A DNA stretch of 64,000 bases from Selaginella moellendorffii (taxonomy: Eukaryota > Plantae > Lycopodiophyta). The translations under genes were made by a program, and so were the position numbers. The stretch lies in contig NW_003314270.1 of NCBI RefSeq assembly GCF_000143415.4, forward strand, positions 2,535,048 to 2,599,047, written 5' to 3'. This document shows, piece by piece, positions 37,003 to 48,559 of this stretch (positions are counted from its first letter, which is position 1; the number at the start of each line of letters is the position of its first letter). The notes under the pieces are model-generated. The model made no database searches. It had not been told where the DNA came from and saw only the letters and a program-made list of their open reading frames with translations.

Positions 37003-38129
37003 CGGCTCCTCCAGCCGACGCGACTCGAGAGATCTATCACGAAGGAGGAGATCCCTCGCCTCTGCCTTTTATATTGCTGGTTGATCTGGCCTTGCATTTT
37101 GTCAAACACGCATGATCAGTTTGATCAGTTTAGGCAGAGCTAAGACGTTATTGTGACAGCCTCCTGGCTGTATGTATGCGTTGTAAAGCGAAAGATACAA
37201 GAGTGGTTTTACACGTCATAGAAATACAGGATAACTACAGGTTGTGATGTGTTGCCGTATTTATGTTGTTGAAATGTCTGCTGTCCAAGATCACATTGAA
37301 GTCCTGCAACTTTGAAGATAACGTATTTGGATCGTTGTATGTGATGCCCTGATCCCTTGTGGTTTCTTTTTCAGTGGTTAGTAATCAAAACTAAAAGTAA
37401 TGTATGTCTTAATCTTAGATATTTTATTTGTATTTTTATTTTCCTTTCTTTAGGAAATAAATTTAATCACTCTTTTAATTCTGGGAATAAACTGACACTA
37501 AGTACCTCTCCATAATTTTGTCCTTGGCTACAAAGTAAGAAAATATGCTTAACAAATGTTAAAGTAGATTTCCAGATAATGGTTTACAGTACGTTTGTTT
37601 CTCACTCAAAATGATCTTACAATTTCTTCTCCCCTCTTCTTTCAGCAAGCATTATTACAAATGGTTTATTAAAACCATGTGGCATATAGTAGGGAGTGTT
37701 TTTTCTTTCTTCATAATTCTCTTCACATGATATTAGAGATATAGCTTAGGACTTTTTTGGCACAAATAGTGCCTTAGACATTAGGACAGGATGGCATCAC
37801 ATTCATTCTCTAGAGAAATGGAGTAATTCTATAGGACAAATTTTTTTGCTTAGAAATCCATAGTTCTAGTTCATGAGATAGGGATTTTGGCCCGTGGTAT
37901 CTAGAATGAGAAAGTGCCAATCGAAGAATGACAGCATCAATCAATACAACATGTGATTGATGGCTTAGCCTGCAAATCAAGCAAGCAGTATTGCCACACA
38001 TTCAACTCTGGTGGGGGCATTCTTATGACAAATCCTCTCTAGTTGAGGCACTTGGACTTGTGTGGTCCAGTTGAAATCATGACCAGCATAGAAAGAAGTA
38101 TTTTATTAGATTCATAAACAACACTACAA

Positions 38130-40320
38130 GTTATGTGGTCATAGCTACTAAAACTTGATTTACATATCAAAGTGCTCCACTCTAATGGAGAGGTGAAGCT
38201 CTGCCAACATTTAAAGCTTATAAGCATAAAGTATGTCCTTTAATTTTGCTACTTACAAATTCAGTGGCAATTCACAATTCCATACACTCCTAAGCTTAAT
38301 GGGGTAATTAAGCAATTCAATAAGAAAGTGGTGGAGTTGGATAGGATGACGATAGCCAATGCTAGTCTTCCTCCCAGGTTTTGGGATCATGCTAGCTCAA
38401 TAGGGTGTTGACAATGGCTGTTCAAGGCAAAACACCTTATGAGGTTTAGACATGATGGTATTTATGCATGGATATTTTAAGATGGAAGCTGGATGTGAAG
38501 TGTATATTTCTAGGCTATAGTGATGAGCATTGGGGATATTGACTCCTTTACATAGACTCAAATAAAGAGTTTTTGAGCTGAGACATGATCTTTGATGAGT
38601 GTTGAGTTTATTCCCAGTGTCACCATGATCCAGCAGTTCTTTCTGTAAATTTTCTTCATGGAGAAAGCAAGGTAAGATTTCAACTTGAGTCTTTTAGTCC
38701 ATGGGATGATGATGATCCTCTTCCTCAGCTTGGCTTGGCTGTGCCTATGCTCCAGCTGCAGAGAGAGCTTTGACCATCCAGCCAAAGAATATGGCTAGTG
38801 GTGTCCAAGTCTGCTCCTCAAGTTATCCATGACAAGTTGTTGGCTACAATGGAAGTGTCTTCATTTCACCATTGTCTTTTAAAATGTGGTATTGCACTAA
38901 AGGAAGATCCATGCTCAACTTTCAACTTGACCTCTTGACATTACTTCTTCATGGTACAATCAACACGTCCCACACTTACCCTATTTCTCACTTGGTTCCT
39001 AGTTTTTCCTCTGTGCTAGTGGAGTGCTTATTTCTAAGTTGATTAAAAACAGAAGAGTACCCTTCTTGTGCTTGTCAATTGCCATGAGTCATCATGGCAA
39101 TCCTTCTACTCAGCAGCCTTGCCTTTGCCTACAACAATCTCTTTGTGTTGCATGAGCTTAGGAAAAACCTGCCATTGGGTGCTGTCAGGAATTTTCTTGA
39201 TGTATCGATGATGAGACTTTATGACATAAGTTGCAAGGACAGCTTGATCTATGATATTGCCATTTGGATCTAGCAGCCCAACCTTGTACTCACTCATTAG
39301 GCTGCTGCTCAACAAATGTAAAATCATGTCTACATCCTTTTGCTCCCATGATCTCAGTCTAATAGTGAGTGGAATTCTTCTCCACATTCACATGGACACT
39401 ATAGAGAGTGAACACTGTAAAGAGAGCCCTCCTCCTAAAACTTCATTTTTCCTCTTGCTACAACTACTGAATTGTCTTGAAATTCACGTGGTTTGTACAT
39501 CTATAGCTTGCTTTGAAGATAAATGACTGTCATAGGTAGTAACTTTTTTGGGACACAAACTTTACAATCCATCCAGAACAACCATCCTATCTTGCTTGCA
39601 AAAGCCACATATCTAACCTCTGGATGTGTGATCTTGACACAATCACCATGAAACTCCAAGTTGAATCCTTACTTTATCATTTATCCAAGGATATGTTGAG
39701 CTTTAATGCTTGACTAGAATTATTGATAGTTGCACTTGAATCATGCCTACACCTTCAACCATTAACAAGCTATTATTTGTGAGTCATACACTCCAAAAAT
39801 AACTCATGATCAAAAGTTGAGTCATTTGTTGCTGCCAATGTGACACAAGCTCTTCAGCCAATATCTACTAATTCTGAGGTCTTGATCATGAAAAAGTTTT
39901 TGAGTCTGATCCTGACCAGGTTCCTGAGCCAGATCAGGACGAAGTTTTTGAGCACAGCTTTTCTGAGCTTGAGCACAAGGTTCTTGAACCTGTGCATACT
40001 CATGATCAATATTGTCCTGAAGCTTATCGATGAGAGCAAGTTGAGAGGTGAGCATGAGCAACTGCTAGAGCCTCTTATCATCTCAGCCAAATGACCATTA
40101 TGCTTCCTTAAGCTAAGAAATCTCCTTATGCTACTGCAGCATGGGATCAAGCTGTAATTGATGAGATGTGAGCTTATGAAAAAAATGAGCCTTGATACAT
40201 TCCTGAATTTGTTCATGACAATGCTAATGTTGTTTTGACAAAGCTTCGTTTCTGAGTGAAAGCTGGACCAACAGGAGAAGTGCAACACTTCAGGCTTGTG
40301 GCAAGAGGTTTCACTTCTAT
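38130..40320. mobile_element. Highly decayed Ty1/copia retrotransposon relics (integrase and RT-proximal pieces on +, protease-region piece probably on -)
   Basis: + strand: QFTIPYTPKLNG, ASLPPRFW and KLD..KCIFLGYS (integrase) at about 38270-38540; WDQAVIDEM..KNE and RLVARGF at about 40140-40312; many stops. Confidence 0.7.
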
Positions 40321-41166
40321 ACTCCTTTGAGTGCCACAAAAACATCATGAGAGGCTGGGCAATCGTGCTGTTGTAAAGGGCCTCCTTCATAACACCTCTT
40401 TTGTATTGGGTCATTTGTAGTTGTCTAAGTGTAATTAGCAAGCTTATCTATGGGTCTTATCTATGGGTCATCTTATTAGCAGCAGGATCACCCAGCCCTT
40501 AGCCCCAATAGTCAGAATCTAAAAGGTTTCTATTATCATACAAGAAAATAAAAAGGAATTACTTTTTATATTTTTACATTTTATTTTACAGTGGTTCAGT
40601 TTTGGTTTTATAAATTTTTTCAAGGAAACAAAAGATCTCAATAATAACATATATAAGAGAAAATGTTATCTAAATATCATTTATTATTTCTTACAGGTTG
40701 ATTCTATAAAAAAATTTCATATTGAGTAGATTCCCTTTACATTTTTTCTATTTAAAATATTACTCCCATATTATTTATTTATTAGTTTCTTATTGTTAAA
40801 CAGGGTTTGGTGTAAACAGGATTTATATCAGTTTTAAGCACTACTGTACACTAACACTAACCTTAAACACTAATTTTAGATAAATATAAGCTAAGATAAG
40901 TATAAGATTATTATGGTTATTATAATTTATTTGTAATCCACGATATTAATTTAGTCAGGCCAAACTCCTTGTACTCCACAAAGACAAAGGAAGAGTAGAG
41001 CTATTCTTCGAAATGAGTGTACTTTCGAAACATGCTGTTCTGGGTATCGAAATAAAAGAAAAAGAAAATTACCTCCACGAGAAATTTTGTGTCTCACATG
41101 GTCAGTTAGGATCAAACAATCACTTGATCTGATTTCTTATAAGAACAAGGGTATTGATAGTATTTC

Positions 41167-43590
41167 CTAGCGATTAAGGAGTGCTTTCTTGGTGGTGGGC
41201 GTGACAAACCTGAGCAGATCACTAGAACTTAAAAGCTTGCTCATGTGCTCCCTACGCATTTGCACGTAAATCTCCCGGTTCTTGCCGCCCAGCACAGAGG
41301 GGAGAATAAACACCAGATCTCCAAACATGGCATTGATGCAAAACGAGAAGTAGGCTGGCCTCCCCCACCCAAAGTCAATGTCGTACACCGGGAAGATGTG
41401 AAGGCTGGTGCAATTCACGTCCTTCCCACCATACGTGTCGAGGTTATATGTCACACCCATCCCCTTGCGCTGCTCAATCTCCATCCAGTCAACGCACGAC
41501 TTCACCGTCTCTGTTGACATGCCCAGTATATCCTGTGGATAAGCCGTGCTGCGTATGACATGTGCCTGGCTCGAATGTGGCCTGCATTGGCCGGCAGTGA
41601 CGGTGCGTGTACAGCGTTGCCAAAGAAGCCCATCGGGAGGGTTGGCTGCCACCTTTTGCCCCCGCGCAGTGACATGGTGTAAGCGAATTTGGTGGTGTCG
41701 ACATCAATAAGCTCTCGAGCCTCGGTCATGGACTTCCAGAAGAGGGCCGCCACGGCCTCAAATGACGTGGCAGTGCCGTAGCCGTCGGGGCCACTCTCGA
41801 TCTCACGGGCCAGCTCCTCAGCCTTGTCGGACGTCAGGATGAGCACCTGTTGACAGTATGAGGTGGGTGCTGCCATTGATGTATCAGCCATGTAGCTCTC
41901 CACGGCCTCTGGTGGCACTGCCACGTAGTCCCTGACCGGCACGTTGACCACTGGCGGCTCCCGCGGCATGAGGAGCTCGGGCTTGAAGACGGGCACCGTT
42001 GACATTGGCAGCCCACGGTTGACCTCGGCCCACGACTTTTGAAAGAAAAGGCCTGAATATCCGTCCAGGACAAGCTCCGTACAGGTTTGACCCACGGCGA
42101 TGCCACCGCAAGCAAACCGTGTCACCTGAGAGAAGAAAAAAAAATACAAAGGGCTTCAGATTTGAGAAGAATTCTCAACTTGCCTGCATATGGAAGAATG
42201 GCGCCTCTGGAATATTTTCAATCAGCCACTCAGGCGCATTCAGCTCCTCCTCGATGGAGTCCTCCCACTCGTCCAGCCTCGCTAGAGTGTGCGCAACTCT
42301 CAGCGTGATCCCGGCATCATTACAATTCACTGCCTTCTCCCCGCACTCGTTCTCCTGGAGTCTCCCGGCAAACACGTAGTGATCCACCAGAACCTTGGAC
42401 AGGGAATCCTTGATCTTGGAGACCATATGATTGAAGCTGTCAATACTGGAACTGGTTTTGTAGAAGTGCACAGACTTCAGGTACGAGTTCTTGAAGAGCA
42501 TCTTGTCCAAGTTAGTGAGGGATACCCAGCATGGCTGCTTTGTGGGGATTGCAGGGACGATGGTATCAATGGAATCCAAAATAACAACTTTGCCGCCTTT
42601 CTTTCTTGTGCTACTAGTCGCAAATAAAGTCGCATTCTTGAGCAGCCTTTCCATTTGCTCCTGGGACATTTGCACCTCCATAGCCGTTCCCTCTTCTTCT
42701 TCCCTGGGAAGAATGAATACCATTCCATCTCCAATCCACGGAGAATAGTGAACCGGCTTTCCCCACCCGAAATCAGTCTCATAGGCAGGAATGCTGACAC
42801 AAGTAACATCTTTTCCACAGTGCTTGACCTCGCTGACATGCTTGTTGGTGGCATCCTTGTTGGTCATGCACTGTAAAATCAATGCCGATGTGGCCTCGAG
42901 AGGCGTACCACCAATCTCACGGACCAGGTCGTCCACTTTGCAAGGATTGATCACCAAAACCTCTCGCTTGACAGGATTGCCAATGGTTGCACTGGCCGCT
43001 TTGGCCAACTTCACTAAACCACTCGACGTCGCCTCTAAATCACCACCACTCTCCGGCGTTGACATGGTCGTACCACGATTGACTTCGGCCCACCACTTTG
43101 GAAACTGGAGTGCTGAGGATGCCAACCCATCCAAGACGGCAAATCCAATTGCAATTCCACCACAGCTAAATCGTGTCACCTACAAATGTAACTCCAATCA
43201 AATCGATGTGGTATAATTGTAAGATCTATTTACCTGGATCCGGCACACTGGTGATCCGTCAGAGCACTCATCAATCTTGCAAAGCTCGTCTCGGATGGAG
43301 CAGCGATCCATGCTCTCCCAATCGTCAAACCTTGCAATGGCGTGAGCGATGGTCAACACCACCTGTGCTTTTGCCAGGAAAGAGTACTCTTCTACACTTA
43401 GAGCGCTCGCAAGGGACTGCTTGAGCTCTTCCACGACGAGAGCAAAGGGACTCTTACAGCTGGGTTTAAAGTAGTAGACATCCTTGACATAGAAGAAGCT
43501 CTTGTGATTGGAAAGAGCTGCCCAAGATTGTTGCCTCCCTGCTGTTGCTGGAGAAACAGTTGAAACAGAAGTTAGAGTTACAGCAGCCAT
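41167..43590 (-). CDS. BAHD acyltransferase-like double-module gene (shortened module fused in frame to a near-complete module); 1-bp frameshift near 41535, so possibly a pseudogene
   Basis: Exons 43590-43234, 43179-42184 and 42125-41167; two DFGWG motifs, AGRL, CNDAG and two conserved Q-position introns; HXXXD absent (FAVLDG and ELVLDG). Confidence 0.75.
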
Positions 43591-44065
43591 ACTTCACGAG
43601 CTGAATTGGCCAGGATAGCTTTGTGCAATATATTGGCCTCCCATGAGGAGCATCAACGTTGTGCGTGTGTCTCGTGGGGATGGCAGTGTCTCGCGGGCGT
43701 GTGTCTTGTGGGGTTTAGAAAAGTTTATGATTGTTAAAGTCAATGCATACTTGTTCATCCTTATAAAACGCACACCAGGACACTAGTGTGATGTTGCAAT
43801 TTCATTCATTCATTCATTCCTTATTTACAGGGTCTTGTGGTGCCCACCAAAAAGCATGAGACTGATGGATTATAATAAGCAGTTTGCGCTTGTGCTCGCT
43901 CACCAGTTAGAGATCCATGGCATTGATTCAGGGTGGCGCTGGTGCTGGTGCCGTGAGAGGTGAAGAAATGCCAGCATCTCTTGCTTAGATCTGCAAATCT
44001 ATTGTACAGACAAGCTGTAAGTTAAGAAAAAGTATAAGGAAATCTACTATATCGGCACAAGTGGA

Positions 44066-44165
44066 NNNNNNNNNNNNNNNNNNNNNNNNNNNNNNNNNNN
44101 NNNNNNNNNNNNNNNNNNNNNNNNNNNNNNNNNNNNNNNNNNNNNNNNNNNNNNNNNNNNNNNNN
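44066..44165. other. Assembly gap (100 N)
   Basis: Run of n characters. Confidence 1.
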
Positions 44166-44311
44166 ACAAATTTTAAATTAAGAAAAAGGAGGACTCCATC
44201 TTTTTGATTGGCTCTAGGGGTCTGTATATTTATGATAATATCTTGATTTATGGATACCCACGAAGAATTACACACACTCAGGTACCCACATACAATGACA
44301 CGTAGACATAT

Positions 44312-44313
<2 letters not shown>

Positions 44314-44377
<64 letters not shown>
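44314..44377. repeat. (AT)n microsatellite, about 32 units
   Basis: Perfect dinucleotide run. Confidence 0.95.
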
Positions 44378-44379
<2 letters not shown>

Positions 44380-44818
44380 TGAAATGAAAGTCATATCAAT
44401 GTCAAATACCATTATTGTATATTGTCATTCTTGCTTCCCTATCTCTATCTTTCAACATATTGTAAATAATTGTATGATAGGTCATTAGGTGCTTAATTCA
44501 AGGCATTAAAGTCTTCTCTTGAGCTCATGCATACCATCTTTATTATCTCCAAATCCATCAAAACAATCTTTATTGTCTAATCTAGAGACAATATCATCTA
44601 TATGGTGTATGTACCAATACCAGAAACAACTTATTGTTCACAACTTTGAGTTCAAGAGGGTATAAATCAGCACCACACTGTCGATCAATTCATTAGTGCT
44701 GAATTCATCCAGTCCTTCTTCGCTTGCATGTGAGTCTTGGGTGGAAGCTTCAACCTGGATCAAATTACTGAGCAAAGCACAATTGTTTCACGGACATAGT
44801 TAATGACAAACCAAACAA

Positions 44819-46252
44819 TCAAAAGAATGCTCCAAACCTCTGGCCTGGGCTTGCACCAGTGCTGCTTCTGTTGCTACCGCAACTGGTAAATTTTGTCACC
44901 AGCATGTTGCCCAAGAACCTCTCCATCACACCGCTGGGCATGCAGAGCGCCACCTTTCGCTCGCGCCCTCCTTTAGCAGTGGGCAGGACGAAAGCAGTGC
45001 CGTCTCCAAACCATACCTCGGGGACAAGCGTGTAGTGAACCTGTTGCCCCCAACCAAAATCGGTCTTGAAGATGGGAAACGTGTGCATGGTGGTGCAGTT
45101 CACATCTCTGCCGGCATAGTAGTCCACGTTAAACGCAAACTCAAGGCCTTTCCGGCGCTGGATTTCCATCCAGTCGACAGCTGATTGGATGTATTCGCCA
45201 CTGATCTTGGCAATGTCGTTGTGGATGAGCTTTGCGGCGAACGAGATGTGGTGGGACTTGATATCGCCGGCCCTGGCCGGGAGGGTCGCCAAGTGGATGG
45301 CATTTCCAAAGTAGCTCATCGGGACCGGAGGGTCCTTAAATCGCTTGTTGCCCCTGCAAGACACCGGGTACATGTACCGCGTGGTGGCATCGTTGGGCAG
45401 CTCGCGAGCCTCGGTGATGGACTTCCAGATGAGAGCCGAGAGAGCCACGAAGCTGCTGGCCCGGCCGAAGCCAAACGGGCCAGCCTCGACCTCGTGGACG
45501 AGCGCGTCCATGCCCGATGAGCTGACGGTGATGATCTTCTTGCGATAAGTGGAAGCCGCGTCGACGATCTGGTAGCCGAGCTTCTCGGCGGCGACATAGT
45601 CCCGCATTGGAACGGTCACCCTTGGTGGGTTGCGGGCTTGGAACAGCTCGGCATGGAACAGCGGTGGGGTGATTGGCAATCCCCGGTGTATCCGCGACCA
45701 GGCATGGAAGAATTCGGACACGGAGTAGCCGTCTGCTACAGTCTCACACAACGCACCGCCTAGAGCAATGCCACCACAGCCAAAACGTGTAATCTACATA
45801 TAAACATCGATCAGAGTAGTTCTTCCTATACTTCACACCTGGATTTGCAGCGTGGGCGAGTTGGCGCAAAACCTGTCCTGGGTGTTGAGTTGCTGCTCGA
45901 TGGAGCAATCGTCCAAGCTCTGCCAGTCATCAAACCTGGCATCGGTGGAGGCCACCCGGAGCGGAATGCCCGCGTCGTTGCAGTTGACTTTGGGGGAGCC
46001 ATCGGTACCAGCTTGAACTCTCCCTGCAAACACAAAGTAGTGAGTGAGGGTGAGCGCTAGGGAGCGCTTGAGCTTGGCAACGGTGGCTTCAAATGGTTGT
46101 GGAGCTTGTGGTGGCATGTAGTAGTGCACGAAACTGGAATAGAACGAGGAGCTTGCTAGGAGATCGACGTTCGAAAGGGATTTCCAGCAGGGCTGTGGAG
46201 TTGGAGTTGCGGGTGTGACATTGTGAATGCGGATTAGGGAAACGGAGGCCAT
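44819..46252 (-). CDS. Intact BAHD acyltransferase-like protein with EXXXD in place of HXXXD (2 exons)
   Basis: LKRSLALTL..FAGRV..CNDAG, Q-intron, ITRFGCGGIALGGALCETVADG, YFGNAI and TDFGWG. Confidence 0.88.
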
Positions 46253-46499
46253 TGCAGCTCATGGGAAAAACTTGGTCTCGCTTGGAGATTAATAGCATTG
46301 AACTTCCCACGAGATGCATGCCGCCGTTGGTTACTGTAGTGCATTCACGTAATTCAGGTTTTTAGACTCGCTCAATTTCACATTGCCAACGTTACTGGTT
46401 TGTAATCCAGGTTGGAGAGTCAATCTGTGAATGGAAGCAAGGATCAGAAGGTGAATTGAAGCAACAAGTTGACTGGTCAATTTAACTGTTAAGGATACC

Positions 46500-46794
46500 G
46501 AGGAGATCCTCGCGCCATCGCCGGATCACACGAGTTCTAGCAGCAGTACTAGCACTTCCATGGCGGAATCTTCTTCGTGTAGCACAAGCACCACCGCGGC
46601 CAATTCTTCTTCTTCCTTGGAAGAGGAGCATCGCGTCTAACGAGATCATTCCACAAAATTTTAAAGAGAAATATTCTTGTTTGGAATTCGTTTCCCGAAA
46701 AAAAAAGTGGCCTTTTTTTTAATAGCTTTGATGTTTTAGTGCTGTGAGCCAAAGAATCTTGTTAGAGTCAATCGCAAAATCAAATCGCCCATCC
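46500..46794 (+). repeat. Duplicated 3' coding end and 3' flank of the C2-domain gene (copy of 48201-48522)
   Basis: Near-identical from gaggagatcctcgcgccatcgccggatcacacgag to aaatcgcccatcc with small indels. Confidence 0.93.
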
Positions 46795-47091
46795 GCACAC
46801 TATCTTCTGTCGAAAATTCTGTGAATATACCTTTTCGTATATGTTGCGTGTACACTTTTCCCTTCGTCGATTAGATTGTATTGTGAAATGGTTAAATTTT
46901 GAGATATAAACATACATTACAGCATAACTTTTGTGAACATTCTAGCCATACAATTGAAAGGGTCTGAGATATGTTATCGCATAATTGACTCCTTTAGCCA
47001 CTTATAGTCAATCAAAATAATTCTTTATATTTATTTTGCAGCCACATGTATTGAGTGGTTTGTTTGTTTCAATAGCGCGTAATGACATGTG

Positions 47092-47206
47092 GCCTCCCGT
47101 TAAACACCATCCTGATTCATTCTCTCTCCGCTTACCTGGCGATGACGTCAGGTCATCGCCAGGTAAGCGGAGAGAGAATGAATCAGGATGGTGTTTAACG
47201 GGAGGC
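47092..47206. repeat. Perfect inverted repeat: 55-bp arms, 5-nt loop (candidate hairpin RNA or foldback element)
   Basis: 47092-47146 is the exact reverse complement of 47152-47206. Confidence 0.97.
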
Positions 47207-47552
47207 GATACTGGAGACAATTTTATTCCCGCCGCTAGATTATAGACTATCCAATGGCTACAGATACTCTTTAAAAGCATCGCACATATTTGTGACTGAT
47301 CCAGTCCAGATCCTTTTCTCTTTTTTCTCTCGTTGCTTTTGCCTTTGGATGAATCGGTCGATGATCAATTCCGCTGCGATGGTTGTTGCGAGTGTCTGAT
47401 CGCCGCCTGCAGAAGCTCTGATCTCGCAGTACCAAATTCGCTCCGGAGTCGTCGTTTCCTTTCCTCGTAGCATTCATTCTCCAACGTCCCAAAAAGGCGG
47501 CATTCCCTTGGACGTTTTGCAAGGGCTCTCTCTCTTTTCCACTCCGATCATC

Positions 47553-48341
47553 ATGAAGCTCATCGCAAAGAGCTCGTCGAGTCTCTCCATCTCCAGCTCC
47601 AAGGATCGGGTCTCCCCAGGCAAGGAAAAGCAGCAGAAGAGCAACAACAGGAAATCCAAGCAGCCCAGGACGAGGGCGATCGAGTTCTGCATCATCTCCG
47701 CGCAGGATCTCAAGAGCGCCACGAAATTCGGCCGGATGCGCAGCTACGCGGTGGCGTCCATCTATCCCGATCGCAAGGTGAGCACCCGGATCGACTGCGA
47801 GGGCGGCACCAATCCCACCTGGGACGCCAAGCTCGTGCTCGAGGTGGACGAGCGCGTGTTGGTGGGCGACGAGGACGACACCCACACGCAGCTCACCATC
47901 GACATTTTCAGCCGTGGATCCCTCCGCGACAAGCTGGTGGGGACGGTCAGGATCCTGGTGTGCGACGCCGTGAGGGGGGAGAGGAATATGCGCAGCATCG
48001 TGAATAGATTCCCGGTGGCCTCCTATCTCGTCTTCCGGCCCGGGGGGTGCCCGCAGGGGATTCTCAACGTGTGCATCCCCCCCGGCGGGAGATTCCCGGA
48101 GAGATTCGACTCCATATCCTTCAAGCGCGGCGAAGATCTTCGCGTCATGGCTTCTTCGCTCAAGCCGGAGGAGATCCTCTCGCCACCGCCGGATCACACG
48201 GAGGAGATCCTCGCGCCATCGCCGGATCACACGAGTTCTAGCAGCAGTACTAGCACTTCCATGGCGGAATCTTCTTCGTGTAGCACGAGCACCACCGCGG
48301 GCAGTTCTTCTTCTTCCTTGGGAGAGGAGCATCACGTCTAA
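47553..48341 (+). CDS. Intronless C2-domain protein (SRC2/BAP-like)
   Basis: IEFCIISAQDLK..YAVASI..TRIDCEGGTNPTW..DKLVGTVRI..SYLV..GILNV; Ser-rich tail with a 33-bp tandem duplication (EEILSPPPDHT / EEILAPSPDHT). Confidence 0.85.
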   Translation: MKLIAKSSSSLSISSSKDRVSPGKEKQQKSNNRKSKQPRTRAIEFCIISAQDLKSATKFGRMRSYAVASIYPDRKVSTRIDCEGGTNPTWDAKLVLEVDERVLVGDEDDTHTQLTIDIFSRGSLRDKLVGTVRILVCDAVRGERNMRSIVNRFPVASYLVFRPGGCPQGILNVCIPPGGRFPERFDSISFKRGEDLRVMASSLKPEEILSPPPDHTEEILAPSPDHTSSSSSTSTSMAESSSCSTSTTAGSSSSSLGEEHHV

Positions 48342-48559
48342 CGAGATCACTCCAGGGAGAAAAAAACAAAATTTATAGAGAAATATTCTTGTTTGGAATG
48401 TTCCAATTCGTTTCCCGAAAAAAAAATGGCCATTTTTTTTTATAGCTTTGCATTAACGATGTTTTATTGCTGTGCGCCAAAGAATCTTGTTAGAGTCAAT
48501 CGCAAAATGAAATCGCCCATCCACCCAGCCGCCACAAAGAATTTATTACTGATTGACCA

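Noticed and set aside
47008-47280. Mirror-image ORFs on both strands (PPVKHHPDSFSLRLPGDD)
   Set aside because: Artefact of the perfect palindrome, not evidence of coding
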